A stretch of 44,921 nt of DNA. Origin: an uncultured Gammaproteobacteria bacterium. Lineage in GTDB: Bacteria > Patescibacteriota > Microgenomatia > UBA12405 > CAZGPK01. A program made the position numbers and the translations under genes. The stretch lies in contig CAZGPK010000004.1 of assembly GCA_964527115.1 (NCBI GenBank), forward strand, positions 1-44,921. The letters run 5' to 3'. Positions 1 through 10,023 of the stretch are shown here, piece by piece. Positions within the stretch are counted from its first letter, which is position 1, and each line of letters begins with the position of its first letter. Under the pieces are notes generated by a model. It had not been told where the DNA came from. It searched no databases and worked only from the letters and a program-made list of their open reading frames with translations.

Positions 1-469
1 ATCCACTCTCTGCCGGTGCCATTCCCAAAGAAAATTCTTCGATTGTTTTTACCGTCACCCCTCTCTCTTTCAAGTAAGCTCTCGCCACTTCTCCTTTTGG
101 GTGTTTTTTAAGATAAGCCGCATAAAAGCGGGCCAGGTCATGATTTATTTGTAAAAGCCTCTGTTTTTTAGGGTCAGCTCCCTTAAAGCTTTTTTTCAAA
201 ATCACCCCCGCCTTACCAGCTAAAGTCGCCAATGCTTCAGGAAATGTCATTTTTTCAAATTCTTGTAGAAAACTGATTACATCTCCTCCTGCCCCACACC
301 CGAAACACTTAAATATTTGTAACTCCGGACTGACCACAAAAGACGGCGTTTTCTCGCCGTGAAAAGGACAAAGCCCTTTAAAATATCTCCCCGCCTTTTT
401 AAGCTCCACTCGCTCGCCCACTATCTGGACAATATCTGTTTTCTGTTTTACCTCTTCTATCTGTTCCAC
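1..469 (-). CDS. dnaG: DNA primase, N-terminal part (runs off the window start)
   Basis: Manual translation from GTG at 469: MEQIEEVKQKTDIVQIVGERVELKKAGRYFKGLCPFHGEKTPSFVVSPELQIFKCFGCGAGGDV, the CHC2 zinc-finger signature. Not in the ORF track because it is truncated. Confidence 0.96.
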   Translation of the reverse strand, partial: MEQIEEVKQKTDIVQIVGERVELKKAGRYFKGLCPFHGEKTPSFVVSPELQIFKCFGCGAGGDVISFLQEFEKMTFPEALATLAGKAGVILKKSFKGADPKKQRLLQINHDLARFYAAYLKKHPKGEVARAYLKERGVTVKTIEEFSLGMAPAESG

Positions 470-502
470 TGCTAAATTTTACTACAAAATCCAAGCTTTC
501 CC

Positions 503-2158
503 CTAAATTTGGTATTTATCCAAAATTTGTTTCACTCCGGCGTCCAGTGTTTCTATCACTCCTCCCGCCTCCCTTCCGTCCTCTACCATCGCGTTTACAG
601 CATCCTCAAAGTATTTAATCATCTGGTCATTTAAACCAGCATCAAAAGTTCTGTCTGTTAGGTACCAGGTTGTTGCCTTGTCCGCTCCAGAGACAAAAGC
701 TCCCAAGAGATTATCTGTCATGAGCTCCTCTGCTAAATCCCGTCTTGGGTAAATTTCCCCAAAATCTCGTATTTGTGATGCCGCCGCATACATTTTAGCT
801 AATCCCTCTTTTCCGGCCAGAAACTCCAAAAACTGCCAGGCCTCCTTGCAGTGTTTGGATTTTTTAGATACTCCTTCCACCCAGAAACTGGCCCAGTTAA
901 CGTTTGTTAATTCCACTCCCTCTTTCTCTGCCTCTGCTGCGCTTACTGTTGTAATTTTAGGCAACTGTGGCACTCCCGCTATTCCCATACTAAGCTGGGG
1001 ATTAATCTCTCGAAGATTAAAGACTCGCCAACTGGGACCAAAATAGAAAGCCAGTCTGCCCGAGCCAAAGTAGTAGGTTGAGGACGGAAGAGTCTCATCC
1101 CAAACTTTGTCTTGGCTGTAAAAAAGAGTATAAAAAGTTAATACATCCTCGACTAGCCCGTTTTTAGGATCACTTGGGTCAGCTCCATTCTGTTTCAACA
1201 TCAATCCTAAAACATCACTCCAATGGTCAACATTATTGGTTGTCCCCAGTGCCACCCCCGCCGTTCGTATCTTCCCCGTCTCGTCCTTTACCGTTAGCTC
1301 CCGGGCCAGCTCCCGCAATCCCCACCAAGTTTTTGGTACCTGTTTTTGCCCCGCACTCAAAATATCTTTATTGTAATAAAGAGCCAATCCGTCATACATT
1401 AAGGGGACAGCCTGAAAATTTCCATTTTTTGCTAAAGTCTCTTTAAAAACATCAAAGTAGGCGCTGTCCAATTCCAAATTTTTTGCCGTCTCCGTCGGCA
1501 CCATCTGTATTTTGTCTTCGAACATTGGCAACCAGTTAACGTGAATCCGGAAGATATCCGGTGCATCCACGTCCGTTGAGGCCAGCTTATTATTAAGCCT
1601 TATTCGGTACTCATCTTTCTGTTGCATTCGGTAATTGACCTTTATATTAGGATTTTCCTGTTCAAATTCGGCGATTAACCCATCTATCACTCCGTTTGGC
1701 TCCCACAGTCCCCAGTAGTTCAGTTCCACTTTTGCGCCACCCTTTCCTCCGTCGCGGTTCCCTAAAAATTTAACTGCTAAAAAAACAAGCAAAATCAAAA
1801 TTATTCCTACCACCAAAAAAGGCAACTTTCTCAAAATTCCACCCCCCTTTTTTCTTGAAACTTGAATCTCCATCCCGCTTTTTGCCTCTTCTTCTCCTGC
1901 TTCCCCTGTTTCCTCTTGCAATGGTCTGCTTACCACAGCCTCCTCTTCCTCTGTTCTCATCCACAGCGGTCTTTCATAAATCTTTTCTCTTTCTAGGTCA
2001 GTACCCAATCCTTCTTCGCCGGCTCTTTCTGTCCTACTTTCTCCTTTTAAAACCTGCTCGCCCGTCTTCCTCAAAGCTTCAGCCTCGACTGCCCCTCCTT
2101 CCTCATTTTGGAGTTCTTCTGCTATTTCCCCCTCTTTTAATTTCTGTTCATCTTCCAC
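503..2158 (-). CDS. Membrane-anchored extracellular solute (sugar)-binding protein, ABC family 1, with an acidic N-terminal extension
   Basis: TM helix LPFLVVGIILILLVFLAV followed by SBP motifs (FEQENPNIKV, PDIF, AVPLMYDGLALYYNKDIL, PKTW, FGSGRLAFYFGPSW). Start moved to GTG 2158, which has TATGAT 6 nt upstream and avoids overlap with rnhA. Confidence 0.85.
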   Translation of the reverse strand: MEDEQKLKEGEIAEELQNEEGGAVEAEALRKTGEQVLKGESRTERAGEEGLGTDLEREKIYERPLWMRTEEEEAVVSRPLQEETGEAGEEEAKSGMEIQVSRKKGGGILRKLPFLVVGIILILLVFLAVKFLGNRDGGKGGAKVELNYWGLWEPNGVIDGLIAEFEQENPNIKVNYRMQQKDEYRIRLNNKLASTDVDAPDIFRIHVNWLPMFEDKIQMVPTETAKNLELDSAYFDVFKETLAKNGNFQAVPLMYDGLALYYNKDILSAGQKQVPKTWWGLRELARELTVKDETGKIRTAGVALGTTNNVDHWSDVLGLMLKQNGADPSDPKNGLVEDVLTFYTLFYSQDKVWDETLPSSTYYFGSGRLAFYFGPSWRVFNLREINPQLSMGIAGVPQLPKITTVSAAEAEKEGVELTNVNWASFWVEGVSKKSKHCKEAWQFLEFLAGKEGLAKMYAAASQIRDFGEIYPRRDLAEELMTDNLLGAFVSGADKATTWYLTDRTFDAGLNDQMIKYFEDAVNAMVEDGREAGGVIETLDAGVKQILDKYQI

Positions 2159-2212
2159 TCTGTTATCATATACTGTTAAGGCCAACTCCGGCAAATTCAA
2201 AAATATTTTTTT

Positions 2213-2617
2213 ATGAAAATTTATACCGATGGTGGTGCTCGTGGCAACCCTGGCCCGGCTGGGGCGGGCTGGCACGCTCTCGACAATCAGGGCAAAACTC
2301 TCTTTGAAGGTTTCCGGTATTTGGGCAAAAAGACCAACAACGAAGCCGAGTATGAAGCCCTCATTTTTGCCCTAGACCAGCTTAAGACTTTCACTCCCTC
2401 AACTCCTGTCCATTTTTTTCTTGACTCTCAATTAATCGTTCGCCAGCTAAACGGAGAGTATAAAGTAAAAACTCCCCACATCCGTATCCTTTTTGCCAAA
2501 GTCCAACAAGCCCTTTTTAGCTTTTCCTGCTCCATTAGTTTTCACCATGTTCCCCGTGCCCAAAACCGTCGTGCTGACGCCCTGGTCAACCGGGCGATCG
2601 ACCAAGCCCTGGGCTAA
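2213..2617 (+). CDS. rnhA: Ribonuclease HI family protein
   Basis: Motifs IYTDGGARGNPGPAG, TNNEAEYEAL, DSQLIVRQLNG, HVPRAQNRRADAL. Confidence 0.93.
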   Translation: MKIYTDGGARGNPGPAGAGWHALDNQGKTLFEGFRYLGKKTNNEAEYEALIFALDQLKTFTPSTPVHFFLDSQLIVRQLNGEYKVKTPHIRILFAKVQQALFSFSCSISFHHVPRAQNRRADALVNRAIDQALG

Positions 2618-2625
2618 ATCATTCC

Positions 2626-4380
2626 ATGCCAACTAGTCTCAAAAAACCCGCCCTTTTCAAAGGAATATTTCTTGGCCTTTTTCTTATTTCTTTCCTTTTT
2701 ACCCTTAAAAATTTTTTCTTTTTCCGTTCCCGTTTTTATCCGGGCACCATTCTCGCCGGCCAGGATCTTTCCCGCCTTACCCGAGCCGAGGCTATTAATC
2801 TTCTTCCCCAGCTTTTTCCCTTTGAAAATCAGTATTTCACCTTTACCCATGAAGATAAAAATTATTTTTACCCCCTCTCAGGCCTTACCCTCCAAGAAGA
2901 AGAAACTATTCAAGCCCTCTGGCAAAAAACCCACTCCCGTTTTCGCCTTACTCCACTTTTGTCTCTTACCCCTGGTCGTCCTCCCAGCTACCCTCTCTCT
3001 GTTAATTTCGATAAAAAAGATTTTCTCACCTGGACTGCTTCCATTGCCGCCGAAATAAATCGCCCCTTCATTCCCCCCAGCCTTTCTCTTGTGGGAGAGA
3101 AAGGTTCTAACGAGCTCTCCCTTCAGCCTGGTAAACTGGGTGCAAAACTCAATTTGTCCGCCCTTCAGTCTGTCCTTGAATGGGATCTTTCCTATTGCAA
3201 CTTTAATCCCAAAAATCTTCCCGTGGAGACCATCGGTCAATTGCCCGACCCCCTTCGCTCCCAAGAAGTTCTTCTTCTTGGTCAAATCCTTCTTCCCAAA
3301 TCTCTTCTTCTTCTTGCTCAGGAAGACCCCCCACTTACTGTTTTTGGTGAAGAGCTTATTTCTTGGTTAAGTTTTACCGAAAGAGACCGCCTTGACTCTG
3401 TTCCCATTGCCGATTTTCTCTCCGCTTTGGCTTCAAGCCTTGATCGTCCGGCCCAAAATGCTGTTTTTCGCTTTGATCAGGGTAAAGTACTTGAATTCCA
3501 ACCCGACCAAACCGGCCGCCGCCTTGATCAAGCCCAAAGTCACCAACTTATTAAAACGGCCGTTAATGAGTTGTTAGACAGCTCCGCTTCTTCCGTGTCC
3601 GCCACTCTCTCCTTCGATCTTCTTGAGCCTGAAATAAAAACGGAAGATGTCAACAATCTTGGCATCAGAGATCTTTTAGGTTTTGGTGAGTCATATTTTG
3701 CTCACTCCATTCCCTCTCGTATTTACAACGTTGAACGCGGTTCCTCTGCCGTCAACGGTCTTCTTATTGCCCCCGGCGAAATCTTCTCTTTCAATCAGGC
3801 CATTGGGGAGGTTTCCCAGGCTACGGGTTATAAATCAGCTTACATTATCAAAAATGGCCGCACTGAGTTAGGTGACGGTGGGGGAGTTTGCCAGGTCTCC
3901 ACTACTCTTTTTCGGGCTGTTCTCAATGCCGGTCTCCCTATAAAAGAGCGCCGGCCCCACGCTTATCGGGTTGGCTATTACGAGCAGGGGACCAAGCCCG
4001 GTTTTGACGCCACTGTTTTCCAGCCCAGTCCTGACCTAAAGTTTGAAAACAACACCGCTCACCACCTTCTCATCCAGTCCACCTTTGACGGCCAAGCCCA
4101 GCATTTGGTTTATGAAATTTATGGTACCTCCGACGGCCGCCAAACAGAAATTTCCAACTACCGCTCCTGGGGCTATGCTGCCCCGCCTCCGGCTCTTTAT
4201 GTCGATGATCCCACTCTTCCGGCCGGTACCTTAAAGCAGACTGAACAAAGTATTCCCGGACTAAAAACGGCCTTCGATTGGAAAGTCACCCGGGGAGAAG
4301 AAGTTTTATCCCAACAAACCTTTTCCAGCTCCTATCGTCCCTGGCAAGCCGTTTTCCTTCGCGGTACTCGCCCTAATTAG
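2626..4380 (+). CDS. VanW-family protein with peptidoglycan-binding (PG_binding_4-like) region
   Basis: N-terminal TM. C-terminal VanW motifs PGEIFSFN, GGGVCQVSTTLFRAVLNAGL, ERRPHAY, GFDATV, DLKFEN. Confidence 0.88.
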   Translation: MPTSLKKPALFKGIFLGLFLISFLFTLKNFFFFRSRFYPGTILAGQDLSRLTRAEAINLLPQLFPFENQYFTFTHEDKNYFYPLSGLTLQEEETIQALWQKTHSRFRLTPLLSLTPGRPPSYPLSVNFDKKDFLTWTASIAAEINRPFIPPSLSLVGEKGSNELSLQPGKLGAKLNLSALQSVLEWDLSYCNFNPKNLPVETIGQLPDPLRSQEVLLLGQILLPKSLLLLAQEDPPLTVFGEELISWLSFTERDRLDSVPIADFLSALASSLDRPAQNAVFRFDQGKVLEFQPDQTGRRLDQAQSHQLIKTAVNELLDSSASSVSATLSFDLLEPEIKTEDVNNLGIRDLLGFGESYFAHSIPSRIYNVERGSSAVNGLLIAPGEIFSFNQAIGEVSQATGYKSAYIIKNGRTELGDGGGVCQVSTTLFRAVLNAGLPIKERRPHAYRVGYYEQGTKPGFDATVFQPSPDLKFENNTAHHLLIQSTFDGQAQHLVYEIYGTSDGRQTEISNYRSWGYAAPPPALYVDDPTLPAGTLKQTEQSIPGLKTAFDWKVTRGEEVLSQQTFSSSYRPWQAVFLRGTRPN

Positions 4381-4798
4381 AAAGTCCGGTACAACGCCAA
4401 TTAATCTCCGCTTCTCCTGTTTCTGTCCAGACCACACAAGCCGGGCTACACCCTGGCCGCTCTGCTTCCATCTCTATCCACCAGGTTTTACTATTTTCAT
4501 TACAAAAAGACACTTCCCCCAAATTTCCTTCACTACTGCACTCGCTTTTTTGGGCAATTTCCCGAGCTAAAGTCTCACTCATTTCCCCGCAAAAAGACAA
4601 GCTCTCCTCCTCTCCAAATCCAGCAAAACCGCTTCCTCTGCCCGCCTCTTCTGGAACTATTGGTTCTTGCCCCTCTCTTCCCATCCAGTAATAAATTACC
4701 GAAAATCCCAAAATCAAAAGAGAAATTAATACCCCCACCACCCACCATTGCCAGTTACCTAACCGCTTAATTTTCACTACCTCCACTTCCTCTTCCAT
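4373..4798 (-). CDS. Single-TM exported protein with Cys-rich C-terminal domain
   Basis: TM WQWWVVGVLISLLILGFSVIYY. C-terminus FCNENSKTWWI...GCSPACVV...EINWRCTGL. Codon style matches host minus-strand genes. Confidence 0.75.
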   Translation of the reverse strand: MEEEVEVVKIKRLGNWQWWVVGVLISLLILGFSVIYYWMGREGQEPIVPEEAGRGSGFAGFGEEESLSFCGEMSETLAREIAQKSECSSEGNLGEVSFCNENSKTWWIEMEAERPGCSPACVVWTETGEAEINWRCTGLSN

Positions 4799-4829
4799 CC
4801 ACTTTAAGTCTAGCAGATTTTTTAAAGTT

Positions 4830-5894
4830 TTAAAGTTTAGCTCTTGCCTCTCGTTCCAGCTCTTCCAGCTTTTCCACCACTTCTCCCCGTTTCACTTTGT
4901 AGTAAGCCGCTACTCCGATCATTGCCGCATTATCCATATTCAAAGACCGCAACTGTGGCAGATAAACCGGTAATCCCTTCTCTTTTCCCAGCTTTTCCAC
5001 TCTTTCTCTTAAAACCTGATTAGCCAACACTCCTCCCACTGCTATCAGTGATTTGGGTTTAAATCTCTCTATCGCTTTTATATATTTTTTTAAAAGAGTA
5101 TCAAAAACTGCCGTCTGAAAGCTTGCCGCCAAATCTGCCAATCTTTCTTTCTTTTTCTGCTCCTCCATTTCCCGTACCTTATAATAGAAGGCTGTTTTCA
5201 GCCCAGCAAAAGAATAATTTAAAAGAGGGGAGCGGCTCATCGGTCTTGGTAATTCCAGATATTTTTTATCGCCTCTTCTTGCCTCTCTTTCAATTTCCGG
5301 GCCCCCGGGATAGGGTAGTCCTAGAATCTTAGCCGCCTTATCCAGCGCTTCCCCGGCCGCGTCATCCAAAGTTTCTCCCACCAATTCATATTTTCCAATT
5401 CTCTCCACCAATACCAAACTACTGTGCCCTCCCGACACCGTCAAAGCCAAGGCCGGCAATTCCGGCTCCCGCTCTACTTGCCCTTTTTCATCCTGCACCC
5501 AGGCTGATAAAAGATGTCCTTCAATATGATTTACCGCCACTAGTTTCTTCTCATATTTGAGGGATAGTTTTTTAGCAAAATCAATTCCCACTCCCAGAGC
5601 AATCGCCAGTCCTGGTCCGTAAGTTACCGCCACCGCCTCAATTTGCCCCATTCCCTCCTCAATTATTTCCTCCCAACCTTCTTTCCTTTTAAGCCCCAAC
5701 CCTTTTTTTAAGGCCTCTGCCACTACCGGCCCTATTCTCTCCTCATGTGCTCGCCTAGCCAATTGCGGTACCACCCCTCCCCAGGCTCGATGAATCTCTA
5801 TCTGTGAGGAAACTACTGAGCTTAAAGCCCTTCTCCCTTTAGTTACCGCCGCACAAGTCTCATCACAGCTGGTTTCAATCGCCAGTATTTTCAT
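4830..5894 (-). CDS. tsaD: tRNA N6-adenosine threonylcarbamoyltransferase
   Basis: MKILAIETSCDET, GPGL, VNHIEGH, VSGGHS, TLDDAAGEALDK, DNAAMI. ATG at 5894 overlaps the tsaE stop (ATGA). Confidence 0.97.
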   Translation of the reverse strand: MKILAIETSCDETCAAVTKGRRALSSVVSSQIEIHRAWGGVVPQLARRAHEERIGPVVAEALKKGLGLKRKEGWEEIIEEGMGQIEAVAVTYGPGLAIALGVGIDFAKKLSLKYEKKLVAVNHIEGHLLSAWVQDEKGQVEREPELPALALTVSGGHSSLVLVERIGKYELVGETLDDAAGEALDKAAKILGLPYPGGPEIEREARRGDKKYLELPRPMSRSPLLNYSFAGLKTAFYYKVREMEEQKKKERLADLAASFQTAVFDTLLKKYIKAIERFKPKSLIAVGGVLANQVLRERVEKLGKEKGLPVYLPQLRSLNMDNAAMIGVAAYYKVKRGEVVEKLEELEREARAKL

Positions 5895-6343
5895 GACTCT
5901 CTCTCCTTCCAACTAATTTTTCTTTTCTCAGGAGAAAGATATTTAAACTTAATCTCCACCACCATTATTCCCAAAGGAAACAACCCTTTCCCAATCTCCG
6001 GCCATTCTACTGCCGCCACCACCCCTTTCCCCAGGCTTTCTTTAAATCCAATCTCGTCAAGCTCAAACTCTTTCTCAATTCGGTATAGATCATAATGCCT
6101 GAAATACTTCCACCCCTCTCTTTCTAAAGGATACTCGGCACAAATCACAAAAGTAGGGGAATTGACATTTTCCTCTATCCCCAGCGCTTCCCCCAGGCCC
6201 TTGGCAAAAACAGTTTTTCCGCCCCCCAGCTCTCCTTTAAGCAAAAACACCACCCCCTCTTTTGCCCGGACCTCATACTGCCTCCAGAGTTTTTTAGCCA
6301 GATCCTTGGTTTCCCTTTCTGATTTACTAATTACTTTTCCCAT
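5891..6343 (-). CDS. tsaE: tRNA threonylcarbamoyladenosine biosynthesis ATPase
   Basis: GELGGGKT Walker A, VNSPTF, HYDLYRI, VEWPE. Confidence 0.95.
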   Translation of the reverse strand: MGKVISKSERETKDLAKKLWRQYEVRAKEGVVFLLKGELGGGKTVFAKGLGEALGIEENVNSPTFVICAEYPLEREGWKYFRHYDLYRIEKEFELDEIGFKESLGKGVVAAVEWPEIGKGLFPLGIMVVEIKFKYLSPEKRKISWKERES

Positions 6344-6381
6344 CTGGTTCAGATTTTACCACCTCCACCCTAACTACACTC

Positions 6382-7122
6382 TCAATTACCCATCCCGCTG
6401 ACCCCCCTCCATTTGCCCTCTTTCTTCTCTTCACCTAAACCAAGATTTCTAAATACTGCCTTCAAAGCACCAGCCAGGCCGCCTCCTGCCATTTGGAGCT
6501 CTGCCCCAGAATAATTTGACCAAAAAGTTATACCTTGAAATTCTTTTTTTAGAGCAAAACCCCCAAAAGGATTTTCTTCTAAACTTATCCCAATAAAAGT
6601 TTTCTCCATATCTTCCGTTGTTAACAAAATCTCCCCTTTCTCCGGCGGCGCATTGGAAACACTAATTATTTCTCCCTTAAAACCCAAAATTCTCAACAAA
6701 CAAGCAAGCTCCACCCCTTCTCCTTTCTGTAAAAATATCTTTAAAAAATTAAGGTCCCCTCCTTTTTTCATTTTTGCCTCTATCCCTTCCCCTTCACCAA
6801 TAAAACCTCGCTCTCTTGCCAATCTCTCAAATTCATCTATTTCTAGTTTCCAGGAGTGATGATCTTTCACGTAGTTTTCATCAAGAATTACCACATCAGC
6901 CCCTCTTCCTTCTCCCCCAAACGCCAGCTTAAACAGACTTGCCACATTTTCCGCCTTTTCCACTTTTCCCCCTTCCCCTATTCCTTCTAAAACTTCTTTT
7001 ACCGCCTCAGTGGTTCGGTTAAGGTCAGCTAGATTATCATCGGCCACCACCACCCAAAGACCGCTTTGTCCTAGGATTTCCCCCCTTTTCTTATATTCCC
7101 CCAAATCTCTGTCAGGACTCAT
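6382..7122 (-). CDS. Hypothetical protein with a divergent receiver (REC)-like fold
   Basis: VVVADDN...DVVILDENY...GVELACLLR...IISVS resembles REC strands with a long insertion. TGATACAAT extended -10 lies just upstream of the ATG. Confidence 0.6.
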   Translation of the reverse strand: MSPDRDLGEYKKRGEILGQSGLWVVVADDNLADLNRTTEAVKEVLEGIGEGGKVEKAENVASLFKLAFGGEGRGADVVILDENYVKDHHSWKLEIDEFERLARERGFIGEGEGIEAKMKKGGDLNFLKIFLQKGEGVELACLLRILGFKGEIISVSNAPPEKGEILLTTEDMEKTFIGISLEENPFGGFALKKEFQGITFWSNYSGAELQMAGGGLAGALKAVFRNLGLGEEKKEGKWRGVSGMGN

Positions 7123-7205
7123 ATCCTATATTGTATCATCACTCCTCTTTTCTCTCCAAGTGGTATAATCGCTAAGCTTAAATTGAGCTTGAAAATACTT
7201 ACTTT

Positions 7206-9491
7206 ATGAAAATTCTTGACAAACGCTATCTTCCCGCGGACCACGAAGGGCCCATTTACGCTCTTTGGGAAAAATCTGGTGCTTTTACCCCCAAGATAGA
7301 CAAAAAGAAAAAACCTTTTTCCATTATTCTCCCTCTTCCCAATGCCAACGATCCCATGCACATGGGCCACGCTCTTTTTACCGTTGAAGACATTATGGTC
7401 CGCTACCACCGTATGTTGGGTGAGCCCACTCTCTGGCTTCCTGGTGGTGATCATGCCGGCATTGAAACCCAATTTGTTTTTGAAAAACATCTTTCAAAAA
7501 AAGGCCAAAGCCGCTTTGATTTTGACCGCCAAACTCTCTACCGGATGATTGCCGACTTTGTTGAAGAAAACAAAAATATTAACAAAGACCAGATGAAGCT
7601 CTTGGGCTTTTCTCTCGACTGGACCCGCTATCACTATAGTTTAGAACCCGCTATTGTTACCAAAGTTTTAAAAACTTTTGAAAAGCTTCACCAGGACAGC
7701 CTGCTTTACCGGGGCGAAAGAATGGTTAACTTCTGTACCCGTTGTGGTACTGCCTTTTCCGAGCTTGAGGTGGAGCATGAAGAAAGACAAGACTCTCTCT
7801 ACTTTTTAGATTATGGCCCTCTTTCCATTGCCACCACCCGTCCCGAGACTATCTTCGCCGACGTTGCCATTGCCCTTCACCCCAAGGATAAACGCCTCAA
7901 AGACCTAAAAGGAAAACAGGCAATCATCCCTCTTATCAACAAAGAAATTCCCTTTATCACCGACGAGGCCATTGATCCCGATTTCGGTACTGCCGCTCTA
8001 AAGGTTACTCCCGCCCACGACAAGACTGACTGGGAAATTGCCGAGCGCCACGGTCTGAAAAAAATTACTATTATTGACCGTCACGGCCGCCTCATAAATG
8101 TTCCCTCGGCTTACAAAGGTCTAACTGTCAAACAAGCTCGGGAAAAGATACTTATTGACTTAAAATCTGCCGGAAAACTCATTAAAATTAAACCCCTTAC
8201 TCATCAAGTTGCCGTCTGTTACCGCTGCAACCGTACCATTGAGCCTCTTCTTATGCCCCAGTGGTATGTCAAAGTTGCCCCCCTTGCCAAACTTGCCCTA
8301 GAAGCGGTTCAGAAAGGCAAGACCAAAATCGTTCCCGAAAAGCGTTTTAAGAAAATGTACCTTGATTGGATGAAAAATATCTACGATTGGAACATCAGCC
8401 GCCAGATTGTTTGGGGACCCCGCCTTCCCGTCTGGTATGATACCCGTCTTCCTGAAAACCAGGAAATCGAACTTGTTTTTATTGACCAAAAAGGGGAAAG
8501 GCATACCGGTAATTTAAGCACTTTCCAAAAAGACTACTCTCTTTTAGAGATTGAAAAAGGCATCCAGCAATTAATCGCTCCCCTTGCTGCCCGCTACCAA
8601 ATTTCCCAAACCTCTCCCGGTAAGGAATACCTTCAGGAAACTGATACTTTTGATACCTGGTTTCTCTCCGGTCAATGGCCCCTAACTACTCTTGGTTACC
8701 CTGACAGTAAGGACTTTCGCTATTTTTACCCCACCTCTGTCATGGACACCCTCTGGGATATCCTCTTTTTTTGGGTAGCTCGCATGATGATGTTTGGCCT
8801 CTATCTAACCGGTGATGTTCCTTTTAAAACTGTTCACCTTCATTCCCGTGTCGTTGATAAACAGGGCCAAAAAATGAGCAAGTCCAAGGGCAATGTTATC
8901 AACCCCGTTACCATGATTGAAAAATACGGGGCTGACGCCCTTCGCCTGGCCCTAGTTTATGGCACTGCTCCCGCCTCTGATATTGCCCTCTCCGAAGACA
9001 AGGTTCGCGCCCACCGCAATTTCACCAACAAGCTTTGGAATGCCTCCCGTTTTATTCTTATCTTGATTGACCGTTTTAAAAAGGAAAACCCCGATACTTT
9101 ATTTGATATGAACAAAATTGATCTCACCCAAAAAGAAGACCAAAAAATCATTAAAAAAACCAATCAACTTATCCAAAAAACCACCAAGAACATTGAAACC
9201 TATCGTTTTGGCCAAGCCGCCGAAGATCTTTATCAATTTTTCTGGAAAGAATTCTGCGATTCTTACATTGAATCTGCCAAAGATAGGGGAGTCACTGCTA
9301 TCCCCACTCTTCTTTATGTTCTCATCACTTGCCTTAAACTCCTTCATCCTTTCATTCCTTTTGTCACCGAAACCATCTACCAAGAGTTAAAAAAGGAACT
9401 TGACCCTTCAGGAAAAACAGAGTTCTTTCGCTCTCCCTTGCTTATTACCTCCTCTTGGCCCACGGCTCCCGCCCCATCAAAAACTAAATAA
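7206..9491 (+). CDS. valS: Valine--tRNA ligase (short form without the C-terminal coiled coil)
   Basis: HMGH (HIGH), DHAGIETQ, ATTRPET, FGTAALKVTPAHD, DWNISRQIVWG, DTFDTWF, KMSKSKGN, CDSYIE. Confidence 0.96.
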   Translation: MKILDKRYLPADHEGPIYALWEKSGAFTPKIDKKKKPFSIILPLPNANDPMHMGHALFTVEDIMVRYHRMLGEPTLWLPGGDHAGIETQFVFEKHLSKKGQSRFDFDRQTLYRMIADFVEENKNINKDQMKLLGFSLDWTRYHYSLEPAIVTKVLKTFEKLHQDSLLYRGERMVNFCTRCGTAFSELEVEHEERQDSLYFLDYGPLSIATTRPETIFADVAIALHPKDKRLKDLKGKQAIIPLINKEIPFITDEAIDPDFGTAALKVTPAHDKTDWEIAERHGLKKITIIDRHGRLINVPSAYKGLTVKQAREKILIDLKSAGKLIKIKPLTHQVAVCYRCNRTIEPLLMPQWYVKVAPLAKLALEAVQKGKTKIVPEKRFKKMYLDWMKNIYDWNISRQIVWGPRLPVWYDTRLPENQEIELVFIDQKGERHTGNLSTFQKDYSLLEIEKGIQQLIAPLAARYQISQTSPGKEYLQETDTFDTWFLSGQWPLTTLGYPDSKDFRYFYPTSVMDTLWDILFFWVARMMMFGLYLTGDVPFKTVHLHSRVVDKQGQKMSKSKGNVINPVTMIEKYGADALRLALVYGTAPASDIALSEDKVRAHRNFTNKLWNASRFILILIDRFKKENPDTLFDMNKIDLTQKEDQKIIKKTNQLIQKTTKNIETYRFGQAAEDLYQFFWKEFCDSYIESAKDRGVTAIPTLLYVLITCLKLLHPFIPFVTETIYQELKKELDPSGKTEFFRSPLLITSSWPTAPAPSKTK

Positions 9492-9499
9492 CTATTTTT

Positions 9500-10018
9500 A
9501 TGGCTCTTTCTAAACTTCCTCCCCCCCGCCCTCTTTTTTTTCTTTTCACCTCTTTTCTTTTTCTCCTCCTGACTGTTATTCTTGGTCTAAATTTCTCTTC
9601 TTTTTTTACCACTTCTTCCCCTCTTTCTCAGGCCAAAGCCAAGCTTCTCTCCCACCCCTTCGATGCCTACCTTGATCTCTATGAACAAGCTCTTTTAGCC
9701 GCTGATTTCCCCCTTTTAGCTGACCTTGAGGCAAAAATCACTCTCCTTTTGCCCTCTGCCAGCTCTTCTCAAGAAGCTCGCTTCCGCCATCTTTTAGACA
9801 GAAAAGAAGCCCTTAACCCCTCTCTTCTTGCCCGGGGGTTAGACCTCCTTAACCAGGAGCTAGAAAAAAACCCCGATTCCGTCAATCTCTGGATAGAAAA
9901 GGCCCAAAAACACTGGCTCTTGGGTCAAAAGGACGAAGCAATCAAAGCCCTTGAAAAAGCTAAAGAACTTGATCCCGTAAACTCCACCGTCGAAACCATT
10001 CTTCTTCGCGAAAAATAG
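9500..10018 (+). CDS. Membrane-anchored TPR protein
   Basis: N-terminal TM. C-terminal TPR-like NPDSVNLWIEKAQKHWLLGQKDEAIKALEKAKELDP. Confidence 0.75.
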   Translation: MALSKLPPPRPLFFLFTSFLFLLLTVILGLNFSSFFTTSSPLSQAKAKLLSHPFDAYLDLYEQALLAADFPLLADLEAKITLLLPSASSSQEARFRHLLDRKEALNPSLLARGLDLLNQELEKNPDSVNLWIEKAQKHWLLGQKDEAIKALEKAKELDPVNSTVETILLREK

Positions 10019-10023
10019 AAACT

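Noticed and set aside
2159-2275. N-terminal extension of the 590-aa SBP ORF
   Set aside because: It overlaps divergent rnhA. GTG 2158 with a -10 box is the better start.
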